Shown here: positions 48,912-58,415 of the stretch, piece after piece
How positions within the stretch are numbered: position 1 is the first letter of the stretch
Layout: each line of letters starts with the position of its first letter
DNA from: Dehalococcoidia bacterium
Lineage (GTDB): Bacteria > Chloroflexota > Dehalococcoidia > GIF9 > AB-539-J10
Direction: 5' to 3'
NCBI GenBank assembly: GCA_030612025.1
Contig: JAUWOR010000003.1
Span: forward strand, 1-64,000
DNA: 64,000 nt
The notes under the pieces: model-generated
The model's input: only the letters and a program-made list of their open reading frames with translations
Databases searched by the model: none
Told to the model about the DNA's origin: nothing
Translations under genes and position numbers: made by a program

Positions 48912-51365
48912 ATGAGTGTTGGTTTTGAAAGGTTTTCCGAAGGAGCTCGTAGGGTGCTAATGCGTGCCCAAGAGGAGGCCAGGCGTCTAGGCCACAGTTA
49001 CATTGATACCGAACATATATTGTTGGGAGTAATAGCGGATGAATCAGGAATAGGGGCTAAAGTTCTAACCAATCTAGGTGTCTCACTGAATAAAGTGCAA
49101 GCAGCGGTGGAGTTTGTAGTTGGGAAGGGCGGGAAACAAACCAGTGGAGAAGTTAGCCTCGCTCCTCGGGCTAAGAGAATTATTGAACTTGCTGTTGATG
49201 AAGCACGCCGTTTTAATTCTAACTACATAGGCACTGAACACCTTCTACTCGGGTTACTGCGTGGAAGCGAAGGAGTGGCCAGTAATGTTTTAGAGAGTTT
49301 CGGCATTACTCTGGAGCAGGCACGTGATGAAGTCAATCGCGTTATGAGGCATGAAGCAATACATGCTCGTACTACTCGTAGTGCTACACGCACACCAACA
49401 CTGGATCAACTTGGAACAGACCTAACTGCCTTAGCCCGAGCGGATAAGCTTGACCCCGTTATTGGACGCACCAAGGAAATTGAGAGAGTAACTCAAATAC
49501 TAAGCCGCCGTACTAAAAACAACCCAGCACTTATAGGTGAACCAGGCGTGGGCAAGACAGCTATTGTTGAAGGGCTAGCTCAGCGCATAGTAGCTGGAGA
49601 TGTCCCTGAGGTATTACAGGGTAAAAGAATAGTCGCCTTAGATGTAGGTGCACTGGTAGCCGGAACAAAGTATCGTGGCGAATTTGAAGAGAGGCTGAAG
49701 AAAGTTATTGCCGAGGAGAAAGCTGCTGGCAATTGCATCTTATTTATCGATGAAATGCAGACTATTGTAGGTGCCGGAGCCGCTGAGGGTGCTGTCGACG
49801 CTTCTAGCATCTTAAAACCTTCGCTGTCACGTGGTGAAATACAATGTATTGGTGCTACCACCCTGAACGATTACCGCAAACATGTAGAGAAAGACCCGGC
49901 TTTGGAACGGAGGTTTCAGACTGTCTTGGTAGCTGAACCCACTGTAGAAGAGACTCTGGAAATTTTGCGAGGTATCAAACATAGGTACGAAGAATTCCAC
50001 CGCCTAATTATAAGTGATGAAGCCTTGCAGGCAGCAGCTTCTTTGGCCGCCAGGTATATACCCGATCGCTTTTTGCCTGATAAGGCTATTGATTTAGTAG
50101 ATGAGTCTAGCTCTCGGGTGCGCATCAAGCATGGTAGCGCCCCCATTGGTTTAACTGAGACGAGACAAGCTCTAGAAAGCGTACACAAAGAGAAAGAGTC
50201 CGCCCTCGCCGCTCAACAGTATGAATATTCCGCTGAGCTGCGTGACCGCGAGCTCCAGCTAATAGAAAAGGTTAGCATGATGGAAAAAGAATGGCAAGTT
50301 AAGCAGGAGCTGGGCAAACCCACAGTTACTGCGGACAACATTGCCGAAGTGACTAGCATGTGGACTGGAGTCCCGGTGGTGAGATTGACTACTGATGAAA
50401 CTAGCCGCCTTCTTCAAATGGAGGAGGCTTTGCACCGTCGCATCATTGGCCAGGATGAAGCTATAAACACCATGGCCAAAGCGGTGAGAAGAGCTCGAGC
50501 TGGCTTGAAAGACACTCGACGTCCAATCGGTGCCTTCATATTTTTAGGCCCTACCGGAGTGGGTAAAACCGAGTTAGTCAAAGCCCTAGCCGAATTCATG
50601 TTTGGCAGTGAAGATGCTTTAATCAGGCTTGACATGTCGGAGTTTATGGAACGTCATACCGTGGCTCGTCTGGTTGGAGCACCTCCTGGCTATATCGGCT
50701 ATGAAGAAGGTGGTCAATTAACTGAGGCAGTAAGACGCAAATCTTACTGTTGTATTCTTCTCGATGAAATTGAAAAGGCACATTACGATGTATTCAATAT
50801 GCTGCTCCAGATTTTCGATGACGGGCATTTAACTGATGCCAAGGGGCGTCGCGTTGATTTCCGCAATAGCATCATAGTTATGACTAGTAACATCGGCGCC
50901 GAGCTTATTAAGCGTGATATGAGCATCGGTTTCGCCACTCATATTGATAGCAAAGAAAAACAGCAAGGGGAATATGAAAAGATGAAGGAGAAGGTGCTTG
51001 GGGCAATGAAGAAAACTTTCCGCCCTGAGTTCCTCAACCGCATTGATGCCACGGTTGTCTTTCACGCCTTAACTAAAGAACATATCCGCCAGATTGTTGA
51101 CTTACTGCTCAATCAAGTTGCCACCTCGCTTAAAGAGAAGAATGTAACTTTAGAAATCACCGATGCCGCTAAGGATTTTCTCGGCAGTAAAGGCTATGAC
51201 CCTGTTTTTGGAGCGCGCCCCCTGCGCCGCGTAATTCAGAATTTGGTCGAAGATCCTCTTTCCGAGGCTTTCCTACGGGGCGAATTCTTGCCCGGAGATA
51301 CTGTGGTGGTGGACTGCGATGGTGAGAAAATTGTAATGAAGTCACTAGTTAAGGAAGCTGTGTAG
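48912..51365 (+). CDS. clpC: ATP-dependent Clp protease ATP-binding subunit
   Basis: Clp-[23 protein letters not shown]-like middle domain, IGF loop; upstream of radA. Confidence 0.93.
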   Translation: MSVGFERFSEGARRVLMRAQEEARRLGHSYIDTEHILLGVIADESGIGAKVLTNLGVSLNKVQAAVEFVVGKGGKQTSGEVSLAPRAKRIIELAVDEARRFNSNYIGTEHLLLGLLRGSEGVASNVLESFGITLEQARDEVNRVMRHEAIHARTTRSATRTPTLDQLGTDLTALARADKLDPVIGRTKEIERVTQILSRRTKNNPALIGEPGVGKTAIVEGLAQRIVAGDVPEVLQGKRIVALDVGALVAGTKYRGEFEERLKKVIAEEKAAGNCILFIDEMQTIVGAGAAEGAVDASSILKPSLSRGEIQCIGATTLNDYRKHVEKDPALERRFQTVLVAEPTVEETLEILRGIKHRYEEFHRLIISDEALQAAASLAARYIPDRFLPDKAIDLVDESSSRVRIKHGSAPIGLTETRQALESVHKEKESALAAQQYEYSAELRDRELQLIEKVSMMEKEWQVKQELGKPTVTADNIAEVTSMWTGVPVVRLTTDETSRLLQMEEALHRRIIGQDEAINTMAKAVRRARAGLKDTRRPIGAFIFLGPTGVGKTELVKALAEFMFGSEDALIRLDMSEFMERHTVARLVGAPPGYIGYEEGGQLTEAVRRKSYCCILLDEIEKAHYDVFNMLLQIFDDGHLTDAKGRRVDFRNSIIVMTSNIGAELIKRDMSIGFATHIDSKEKQQGEYEKMKEKVLGAMKKTFRPEFLNRIDATVVFHALTKEHIRQIVDLLLNQVATSLKEKNVTLEITDAAKDFLGSKGYDPVFGARPLRRVIQNLVEDPLSEAFLRGEFLPGDTVVVDCDGEKIVMKSLVKEAV

Positions 51366-51367
51366 AA

Positions 51368-51589
51368 ATGGCACAAGAGGTAATTGAAGCACCGCTACCG
51401 GGGAAAATATTGCAAGTCAATGTTACTGTCGGTAATACTGTTGAGGAAGGCGGAGTAATTTGCACTATAGAGGCCATGAAGATGGAAAACCCTATATTGT
51501 CTCCAGTAAAAGGCTCGGTCATAGAAGTAGCAGTTTCACCAGAGCAGATAGTTAAGACTGGAGAAAAGATAGCCGTTATTGAGTATTAA
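51368..51589 (+). CDS. Biotin/lipoyl carrier domain protein
   Basis: APLPGKI...EAMKMEN. Confidence 0.9.
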   Translation: MAQEVIEAPLPGKILQVNVTVGNTVEEGGVICTIEAMKMENPILSPVKGSVIEVAVSPEQIVKTGEKIAVIEY

Positions 51590-51607
51590 CTATCTTAGCT
51601 AAATAAT

Positions 51608-53020
51608 TTGAAACCTGTTCGGGGTAAATCCAAAAGTATTTTTGTTTGTCAGCAATGTGGTAAGGAAAGTGCCAAGTGGCTAGGGCGATGTCCTAATTGC
51701 CAAGCATGGAATAGTTTTGTAGAGACTACGGTTACTCTTTCTCGCGCTTCCCCTCATTGGCTTCCCACCAGGGAAAATAGACCCCAAGAGCTTTCTCAAG
51801 TAGAGAGGGGCTCATTTCCTCGCTTTCACCTCGGCTTGGCCGAGATGGATCGGGTTCTCGGAGGCGGTTTAGTTCCTGGCTCTTTAGTACTCATTGGTGG
51901 AGAGCCAGGAATAGGTAAGTCTACGCTTCTACTTCAAGCTTCAGCCATGGTAGCTGAGAATAACAAGCCTGTAGCCTATGTTTCTGGAGAGGAATCTATT
52001 AATCAAGTCAAACTTAGAGCTGAGAGGTTAGGCATGGCTGGCAAAGGGCTTTTTATTCTTTCCCAAACCAATCTCCCCGCCGTCTTAGGGTGGCTAGAAG
52101 AGCTCTCACCTAGCTTAGTTGTCATTGATTCCATTCAAACTATGTATCTGGAAAATATATCTGGAACGCCTGGTAGCATTACCCAAATACGTGAATGCAC
52201 ACTAGAACTAATGTATTGGGCAAAGCAAAATAATGTGTCGGCATTTATCGCTGGGCATGTGACTAAAGAGGGGGCTATTGCTGGTCCTGGAGCGCTGGAG
52301 CATATTGTTGACGTAGTGCTTTACCTCGAGGGTGAACCATTTAGTAGCTATCGAGTGCTACGAAGTGTAAAAAATCGCTTTGGCTCCACCAACGAGGTAG
52401 GTATCTTTGAGATGAGCCATAACGGGCTAGTAGAGGTAAGTAACCCATCTCAAGTTTTCTTATCTAAATATAGCGATGCCGCTATTGGCTCAGTTGTTGT
52501 GCCAACGCTTGAGGGAAGTCGTCCCTTACTGGTGGAGATTCAAGCTTTGACTACCCCCGCCAGTTTCGGTCCACCAAGGCGCATTGCTAATGGCATCGAT
52601 TTTAATCGTCTTCTCCTGATTAGTGCTGTGCTCACTAAACGTGCTGGGATAAGGCTTTCTAACCAGGATATTATAGTTAACGTCACTGGCGGGCTGAAGG
52701 TCAATGAGCCAGCGGTTGATTTAGGAATCGCCTCAGCTATCGCCTCCAGCTTTCACGATAGTAAACCACTTCCAAAGTTAGTCGTTCTGGGAGAAGTAGG
52801 TTTAAATGGAGAGCTCAGGGCTGTGCCACAGATAGAGAGGCGAGTTAGCGAAGCTATCAGATTAGGTTTTAAATCTTGTCTCATGCCCAAACTTCCACCC
52901 CAGCTTTCTCTTGACTACGCCGATATCCAATTAATCCAGGCTAGCTCTGTAGTAGAAGCTCTGAGGCTAGGACTTAGTAGGCGAGGACACAGTGCCTCTC
53001 CCTTGAAGGGAGAGGATTAA
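51608..53020 (+). CDS. radA: DNA repair protein RadA/Sms
   Basis: C4 zinc finger, GEPGIGKS, KNRFG, Lon-like C-terminus. Confidence 0.97.
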   Translation: MKPVRGKSKSIFVCQQCGKESAKWLGRCPNCQAWNSFVETTVTLSRASPHWLPTRENRPQELSQVERGSFPRFHLGLAEMDRVLGGGLVPGSLVLIGGEPGIGKSTLLLQASAMVAENNKPVAYVSGEESINQVKLRAERLGMAGKGLFILSQTNLPAVLGWLEELSPSLVVIDSIQTMYLENISGTPGSITQIRECTLELMYWAKQNNVSAFIAGHVTKEGAIAGPGALEHIVDVVLYLEGEPFSSYRVLRSVKNRFGSTNEVGIFEMSHNGLVEVSNPSQVFLSKYSDAAIGSVVVPTLEGSRPLLVEIQALTTPASFGPPRRIANGIDFNRLLLISAVLTKRAGIRLSNQDIIVNVTGGLKVNEPAVDLGIASAIASSFHDSKPLPKLVVLGEVGLNGELRAVPQIERRVSEAIRLGFKSCLMPKLPPQLSLDYADIQLIQASSVVEALRLGLSRRGHSASPLKGED

Positions 53021-53065
53021 GGTGAGGGTGACGAAATGTCATTGCGAGCGCAGCGAAGCAATCTC
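52995..53065. repeat. Tandem of a CCCTC-type hairpin repeat and a TGTCA-type repeat at the radA-ispD junction
   Basis: CCTCTCCCTTGAAGGGAGAGGATTAAGGTGAGGGTG then ATGTCATTGCGAGCGCAGCGAAGCAATCTC. Confidence 0.75.
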
Positions 53066-53764
53066 AAAGTAGGAGCTATCATAGTTGCCGCTGGTAGCGG
53101 TGAGCGGATAGATAACATAGATAAAATCTTTGTCCCCCTCGGGGGCAAACCTCTACTAGCCTGGTCAGTGGATACTTGCCAGCGATGTGACTTAGTTCAA
53201 CAAATAGTCATCACTTTGAATAATAATAACTTTGAGTTGGGTCAAAAGTTAATGAAAGAAAGAGCTTGGTCTAAGGCTACTATATGCCTCGGTGGTCTGC
53301 GGCGACAAGATTCAGTGAAGGAAGGACTACGCAAGCTGAAGGACTGTGATTGGGTTATAATTCATGATGGAGCCCGCCCTTTTTTGACCTTGGATTTAAT
53401 TCAGAATGGCTTGAAGGCAGCTATGGAAACTGGGGCTGCTATAGCTGCAGTACCTGTTAAAGACACTATAAAGGTTGCCAATAGCAATGGGGCGATTAGA
53501 AAAACACTTCAGCGTGACGAATTATGGGCAGCACAAACTCCGCAGATATTCCGCTTTGGCATGATAACCGAAGCCTACCAGAAGGTTACAAATGAGGTTA
53601 CCGATGATGCCACTATGGTAGAGCGCTTAGGATACAAAGTGAAACTTTACCTGGGCGCTTATAATAATATAAAAGTAACTACACCTGAGGATTTGGCACT
53701 GGCGGAGATCATTGCTCAAAATATCTCAACCTTGCCCCTGCCAATATTAAAAAGCAGAATCTAA
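53036..53764 (+). CDS. ispD: 2-C-methyl-D-erythritol 4-phosphate cytidylyltransferase
   Basis: AAGSGER, RQDSV, IHDGARP, AQTPQ, NIKVTTPEDL. Confidence 0.96.
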   Translation: MSLRAQRSNLKVGAIIVAAGSGERIDNIDKIFVPLGGKPLLAWSVDTCQRCDLVQQIVITLNNNNFELGQKLMKERAWSKATICLGGLRRQDSVKEGLRKLKDCDWVIIHDGARPFLTLDLIQNGLKAAMETGAAIAAVPVKDTIKVANSNGAIRKTLQRDELWAAQTPQIFRFGMITEAYQKVTNEVTDDATMVERLGYKVKLYLGAYNNIKVTTPEDLALAEIIAQNISTLPLPILKSRI

Positions 53765-53917
53765 CAAAATAGCTGAATGTTTAAAGAGTGATAACCCTTG
53801 ACATGACAGCTTAGCTACCACTAATATCCTTTAGTGAGCAGTATCAATTTTGCAACTAGCGCTAAACCAAAATCAAGTTTCCTCGTTATCTATATCGACA
53901 GGCTAAAATAAGGAGGG

Positions 53918-54361
53918 ATGGAAATGAAATCAAAGCTAACCTTAGTATTTATTATTACTGCCATCTCAACATTGCTGTTTGCTTGCTCCCCAGTCTCAAA
54001 GCAAGTATCTGTAGAGGCTTCCTGTGATGACTTTATCAAGCTCCCCCCTGAGGAACGTGCTATTAGCAAAGAAATCGAAGTTCCTGTTGATAGCTCATTT
54101 ACAGTAACTTTGTGCTCTAACCCGACAACAGGCTTTAAGTGGGAGTCGGCACAAATTAGTGACCAAGCTGTGTTACAGCTGGTAGACCACAAATTCGTGC
54201 CTCCTGAAAAAACTGGTGTTGAGGGAGCTCCTGGTCAGGAAGTATGGACATTCAAGGTGCTAGAGAAAGGCACAAGCGTTATATCTATGGAATATAGCCG
54301 CCCTTGGGAAGGTGGTGAGAAGGGAGCTTGGACATTCAACCTAACCGTAGTTGTTAAATAG
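53918..54361 (+). CDS. Chagasin/I42-family protease inhibitor lipoprotein
   Basis: Lipobox LFAC, SNPTTGFKW, GAPG, YSRPWE. Confidence 0.9.
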   Translation: MEMKSKLTLVFIITAISTLLFACSPVSKQVSVEASCDDFIKLPPEERAISKEIEVPVDSSFTVTLCSNPTTGFKWESAQISDQAVLQLVDHKFVPPEKTGVEGAPGQEVWTFKVLEKGTSVISMEYSRPWEGGEKGAWTFNLTVVVK

Positions 54362-54556
54362 AGTACCACAGAGATAACAGCACGTATCGCCTACCCACAA
54401 GGTAACAGAAGCTTTGACTTGTTCAATATGCTTAGCGAGTGGGAAAACCGAGAAGCTATCTTACAAAGTTTAGGTGTATACTAATAATGACTTTGGGGGA
54501 TATAGGTGGCTTTCTGCACAGACATAGCATGTTTTGAGCATAGCGAAGGGTCTCGA

Positions 54557-55054
54557 ATGGAAAGAGAGTTAAGAGTTGGCATTGGCTATGATAGCCACCC
54601 TTTAGCTCCAGGGCGCAAGCTAGTTTTGGGAGGTATTGATATTCCCTATGATAAAGGGTTGCTGGGGTGGAGCGATGCTGACGTGGCAACTCATGCCATA
54701 ATAGACGCTTTATGTGGCGCCGCTGACCTTGGTGATATCGGCACTCAATTTCCCCCCGAGGAGCCAGAACACGAAGGCGTCTCCAGTTTAACTTTACTGA
54801 ATAGAATTCATGAACTAGTTAAAGCAAAAGGCTTCAGCGTAGCTAATATTGACACTACTATTATTGCCCAGCGTCCTAGACTTACACCTTTTATCCCTGA
54901 GATGCGAAAACGCATTAGCCAAGCTTTGGGTATTGAACCACCCCGGGTGACAATCAAGGCCACCACCACCGATGGTTTAGGCTTTATCGGCCGGGAAGAG
55001 GGAATAGCTGCTCAATCTGTAGCTTTAATTCAGAAGGAAAGCTCAGAAAACTAG
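54557..55054 (+). CDS. ispF: 2-C-methyl-D-erythritol 2,4-cyclodiphosphate synthase
   Basis: RVGIGYDSH, SDADV, GDIG..FP, KATT..GLGFIGR. Confidence 0.95.
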   Translation: MERELRVGIGYDSHPLAPGRKLVLGGIDIPYDKGLLGWSDADVATHAIIDALCGAADLGDIGTQFPPEEPEHEGVSSLTLLNRIHELVKAKGFSVANIDTTIIAQRPRLTPFIPEMRKRISQALGIEPPRVTIKATTTDGLGFIGREEGIAAQSVALIQKESSEN

Positions 55055-55323
55055 GTTACCACCATGTCATAACTTGGTTTATTTTCTTTCCAGTAGATTA
55101 CAAATTTAACTGTTTTTCCCTGCATTAAGTGCTTTTCGCTTTCCCGACGGAGTTTTCTAAAATCCATCGATTCCAGAAAGGCCTTAAGAAGCTCGATTCT
55201 CTGTTGTAGTTCTTTATCTTCTTGCTCATCTTCCATAAACTTGTTTACCGAACTCCAGTATTCCTCTTTGGCTACAGTTTCTATGCAATGGGAAAGGCTG
55301 GGGAAAAGCTCTACACAAACCAT
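55051..55323 (-). CDS. Hypothetical protein
   Basis: 90-aa ORF with natural composition, convergent with ispF. Confidence 0.6.
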   Translation of the reverse strand: MVCVELFPSLSHCIETVAKEEYWSSVNKFMEDEQEDKELQQRIELLKAFLESMDFRKLRRESEKHLMQGKTVKFVIYWKENKPSYDMVVT

Positions 55324-55362
55324 ATCCTAATTTGTATCACCACCTGAGAATATTTTCAAAAT

Positions 55363-55414
55363 TTGACAATTTTGAGCCTGGTTGTTAGACTTATTATTGA
55401 CATATGTTCATAAT
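55363..55414 (+). promoter_or_regulatory. Promoter and palindromic operator upstream of DUF134 operon
   Basis: TTGACA-17 nt-TAGACT (extended TG), followed by near-perfect palindrome ATTATTGACATATGTTCATAAT (55393-55414). Confidence 0.65.
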
Positions 55415-55440
55415 TACTAGCGAAAATGAGGTGATTTTCG

Positions 55441-55914
55441 ATGTCTAGACCAGTGAAGTTGCGATATGTTGCTCAGCTACCGAGCACGGGCTTCTTTAGA
55501 CCGATGGGGATTCCTGGGGCTAGTTTACAAGAGGTTCGTCTTTCGCTTGAGGAAGCTGAATCTATCCGCCTCAAGGATTTAGAGGGATTGGAGCAGGAGG
55601 AATGTGCTGAAAGCATGCATATTTCCAGACCGACTTTCCATCGCATACTGGAGTTAGCTCGAAGAAAACTGGCCGATGCCTTAACCAATGGCAAAGCAAT
55701 TCAAATCGAAGGGGGTAACTTTGGATTGCCTCAAAGCCGCTTTAAGTGTAACAACGACGGACACGAATGGAATGTGCCCTTTGAGACTCTAGCGCGCCGG
55801 CTTCCCTTATCTTGCCCGGCGTGCTCCAGCGCGAATATCCAGCCCATGCCTTTACCCCCATTTGGTTGGGGCAGAGGGCGTGGCAGGGGATTTCGCCGTG
55901 GCAGATGGCGCTAA
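55441..55914 (+). CDS. DUF134 (UPF0251) DNA-binding protein with C-terminal zinc ribbon and RG tail
   Basis: MSRPVK...F.P, EE.ESIRLKDLEGLEQEECA..M.ISRPTF, IEGG. Confidence 0.9.
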   Translation: MSRPVKLRYVAQLPSTGFFRPMGIPGASLQEVRLSLEEAESIRLKDLEGLEQEECAESMHISRPTFHRILELARRKLADALTNGKAIQIEGGNFGLPQSRFKCNNDGHEWNVPFETLARRLPLSCPACSSANIQPMPLPPFGWGRGRGRGFRRGRWR

Positions 55915-55943
55915 GAAAATAAAAGGAAAGGAGGTGAAAGAAG

Positions 55944-56105
55944 ATGCCATTTGGAAGAGGTTGGTTTGGCTGGGGAGGTGGTTGGGGTAGAGGATTTGGC
56001 AGGGGTTGGCTTGGGTATGGCATGCCCTACGGTTATCCTTATGGAGGATATGGGTCAGGTTACCCCTACTATGGTTACGGTGCAGCACCGCCCTATGGCT
56101 ACTAG
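55944..56105 (+). CDS. 53-aa Gly/Tyr/Trp-rich microprotein (not in the ORF track)
   Basis: AAGGAGGTG RBS; MPFGRGWFGWGGGWGRGFGRGWLGYGMPYGYPYGGYGSGYPYYGYGAAPPYGY*. Confidence 0.75.
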   Translation: MPFGRGWFGWGGGWGRGFGRGWLGYGMPYGYPYGGYGSGYPYYGYGAAPPYGY

Positions 56106-56130
56106 CCATGGTAAGAGTGTATAGCAAAGT

Positions 56131-56309
56131 GAGGGTGTTTAAAAATGTAGTGCGCGGCTTTAGCCCTGTGTAGTAGCGAAGATTACTACACGGGGTAGCC
56201 TCGGGCACGACCCTAAAGGGTCGCACTACGAGGATCTTGGGGGTGAATGGCTATTAAAACTGGGTGAGGCAAATCTAGTTTTGAATCTGAGGCAAAATTA
56301 AACGGCCTC
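56131..56309 (+). mobile_element. MITE-like element, core type A
   Basis: GAGGGTGTTTAA...TTAAACGGCCTC; near-identical to 27020-27199. Confidence 0.8.
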
Positions 56310-56333
56310 AAAGTAGAAAAGAGGTGATTGAGA

Positions 56334-56597
56334 ATGCCGTTTGGAGATGGAACTGGACCAATGGGACTGGGGCCAATGACGGGAAGAGCAGCAGGTTTCT
56401 GCGCTGGCTTTGCTAGATCTGGATTTACCAACCCTATTCCGGGGAGGCGGTTTGGCTTTGGTTGGGGGATGCCTTACGGGTATCCCTATGCTGGCGGGCA
56501 TGGAGGAGCCACTCCTTATATGGGATATGGCTATCCCTACTATGGCAGGGGCTATATTCCGTCCTACGGATACCCTTATGGATACCCACCACGCTGA
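56334..56597 (+). CDS. DUF5320-like Gly/Tyr-rich protein
   Basis: MPFGDGTGPMGLGPMTGRAAGFCAG signature; GAGGTG RBS. Confidence 0.85.
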   Translation: MPFGDGTGPMGLGPMTGRAAGFCAGFARSGFTNPIPGRRFGFGWGMPYGYPYAGGHGGATPYMGYGYPYYGRGYIPSYGYPYGYPPR

Positions 56598-56644
56598 GCT
56601 AATTAACCTGGAAGAATAAGAAATTTTTTAAAGGAGGTGATAAA

Positions 56645-56842
56645 ATGTGGCCTTGGTTTGGATGGAATCCCTCGGGATATGGAATGCCTTATGGATATCC
56701 CTATGGAGGATATGGTTATGGTTATTCGCCTTGGGGAGCTATGCCTAAGGAAGAAGAGCTAAGAATGCTTGAAGAGCAAGAAAAATGGTTGACAAGCGAA
56801 TTGGACGGAGTGAGGAAGAGGCTGGAGGAGCTTCGCAAATAA
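56645..56842 (+). CDS. Gly/Tyr-rich microprotein with C-terminal coiled coil
   Basis: GMPYGYPYGG repeat plus EEELRMLEEQEKWLTSELDGVRKRLEEL; strong RBS. Confidence 0.8.
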   Translation: MWPWFGWNPSGYGMPYGYPYGGYGYGYSPWGAMPKEEELRMLEEQEKWLTSELDGVRKRLEELRK

Positions 56843-56890
56843 AGAAAAGGGACTGGTGTATAATATCTAAATTAGGAAAGGAGGTGAACT

Positions 56891-57325
56891 ATGCCAGGAT
56901 TTGATGGAACAGGACCCCGTGGGATGGGTCCAATGACAGGAGGAGGAAGGGGCTTTTGCAGTCCTTGGGGTATAGGGCGAGGATATGGCTTTGGAAGAGG
57001 GTATGGGTTTGGACGAGGATACGGGTTTAGAATGGGGATGCCTTATCCTATGGCTGGTCAATGGTCAGGGGCGCCAGCTCCAGGAGCTTATGGTAGCCCC
57101 GCGGCTATGCCCTATGGATATCCTTATGGAGGTAACCCCTATGCCGGAGGTATGCCATATGGTGGCTACAGTGGAGCACCTATGGGAACAGCATCAGGAG
57201 CAGACCCTTACGCTCCACAGATGACTCGAGAGCAGGAGCTTGATTTCCTGAGAAACCAAGCTGAAGGGATAAAAGGGCAACTGGAGCAAATTGATGCTAG
57301 AATAAAAGAGCTAGAGATAGAGTAA
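56891..57325 (+). CDS. DUF5320-like protein
   Basis: MPGFDGTGPRGMGPMTGGGRGFC, GRGYGF repeats, C-terminal EQELDFLRNQAE...IKELE coiled coil. Confidence 0.88.
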   Translation: MPGFDGTGPRGMGPMTGGGRGFCSPWGIGRGYGFGRGYGFGRGYGFRMGMPYPMAGQWSGAPAPGAYGSPAAMPYGYPYGGNPYAGGMPYGGYSGAPMGTASGADPYAPQMTREQELDFLRNQAEGIKGQLEQIDARIKELEIE

Positions 57326-57343
57326 GCAAAAAGGAGGTGCATC

Positions 57344-57919
57344 GTGAAAATCGCCATTTCAGCGACTGGCCCTAGCTTAGATGCTGAGGTAGACCCTCGC
57401 TTTGGTCGTTGCCAATACTTTATCATTGTTGACCCACAAACCATGCAGTATGAGGCCTTGGAGAATCCTAATATTCAAGCTGCAGGTGGTGCCGGTATTA
57501 GCACAGCTCAGATGATTGCCAACAAAGGAGTGGAAGTAGTTCTTACTGGCAATTGTGGGCCAAATGCTTACCAGACATTATCCGCCGCAGGTCTTCAGGT
57601 GATCAGCGGCGTGGCCGGTAGGATAAGAGACGCTGTTGAAGCCTACAAAGCAGGCAGCCTTCAACCAAGTGCCCAGCCTAGTGTAAGTGCTCACTACGGC
57701 ATGGGAATGGGCATGGGCCGTGGTATGGGTATGGGCAGAGGTATGGGAATGGGCCGTGGCATGGGTATGGGTACGGGGATGACACCTATGGCAGGGCCAG
57801 CACCTCAAGCGATGAGCCCGGAGCAGGAAGTAGAAATGCTTAAAAATCAAGCACAGACGCTAGGACAGCAATTAAGCGAGATCCAGCGCCGCCTTGAGGA
57901 GCTAGGGAAAGGGAAGTAA
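57344..57919 (+). CDS. NifB/NifX-family metal-cluster binding protein with GMGRG repeats and coiled-coil tail
   Basis: DPRFGRCQYF, GGAGI, TGNCGPNA. Confidence 0.9.
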   Translation: MKIAISATGPSLDAEVDPRFGRCQYFIIVDPQTMQYEALENPNIQAAGGAGISTAQMIANKGVEVVLTGNCGPNAYQTLSAAGLQVISGVAGRIRDAVEAYKAGSLQPSAQPSVSAHYGMGMGMGRGMGMGRGMGMGRGMGMGTGMTPMAGPAPQAMSPEQEVEMLKNQAQTLGQQLSEIQRRLEELGKGK

Positions 57920-57929
57920 GGAGTATACT

Positions 57930-58154
57930 GTGCCCATCTATGAGTATCAATGCACCCAGTGCGGACAAAAATTTGAGGTTCGTCAAGACCTTGGTGAGGG
58001 GGGCTCTAATTTGAACTGTCCTAAATGCCATGCCCCAAATCCTACAAGGCTCTTTTCCTCATTCTTCAGCCCCGGCTCCAGCGCACTCAAGCCTTCAGGA
58101 ATAAGTTGTCCCACTTGCAGCTCTGGAGTCTGCGGACTCCCGCCAATGGAGTAA
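57930..58154 (+). CDS. FmdB-family zinc ribbon protein
   Basis: MPIYEYQCTQCG..FE...CPKC. Confidence 0.88.
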   Translation: MPIYEYQCTQCGQKFEVRQDLGEGGSNLNCPKCHAPNPTRLFSSFFSPGSSALKPSGISCPTCSSGVCGLPPME

Positions 58155-58184
58155 GACAAAAACGATTCTTAGTGGAGGTGATTT

Positions 58185-58415
58185 ATGCCTAGAGGAGATG
58201 GCACAGGTCCTTTTGGTCAAGGAGCGGGAACAGGTAGAGGATTGGGGCGTGGCATGGGCAAAGGGATGGGTAGAATGGGAGGAAGTCGTCCTGGGGCAGG
58301 CCCAAGTGGAAGCTGTCTTTGCCCCAGTTGTGGGACGAGGGTTCCCCACGAGGCAGGCGTTCCCTGCTATAACTTAAGTTGCCCCAAGTGTGGCGCAAAG
58401 ATGATTAGAGAATGA
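58185..58415 (+). CDS. DUF5320-like Gly-rich protein with C-terminal zinc ribbon
   Basis: MPRGDGTGP...GAGPSGSCLCPSCG...GVPC...CPKCG. Confidence 0.82.
   Translation: MPRGDGTGPFGQGAGTGRGLGRGMGKGMGRMGGSRPGAGPSGSCLCPSCGTRVPHEAGVPCYNLSCPKCGAKMIRE

Noticed and set aside
38531-51365. Two Clp ATPases as a recent duplication
   Set aside because: N-terminal and middle domains are clearly divergent; multiple Clp paralogs are ordinary.
55944-57325. RiPP precursor peptides
   Set aside because: No adjacent modifying enzyme, peptidase or exporter; the radical SAM gene is about 9 kb away in another operon; two of the proteins carry a DUF5320-like N-terminus.
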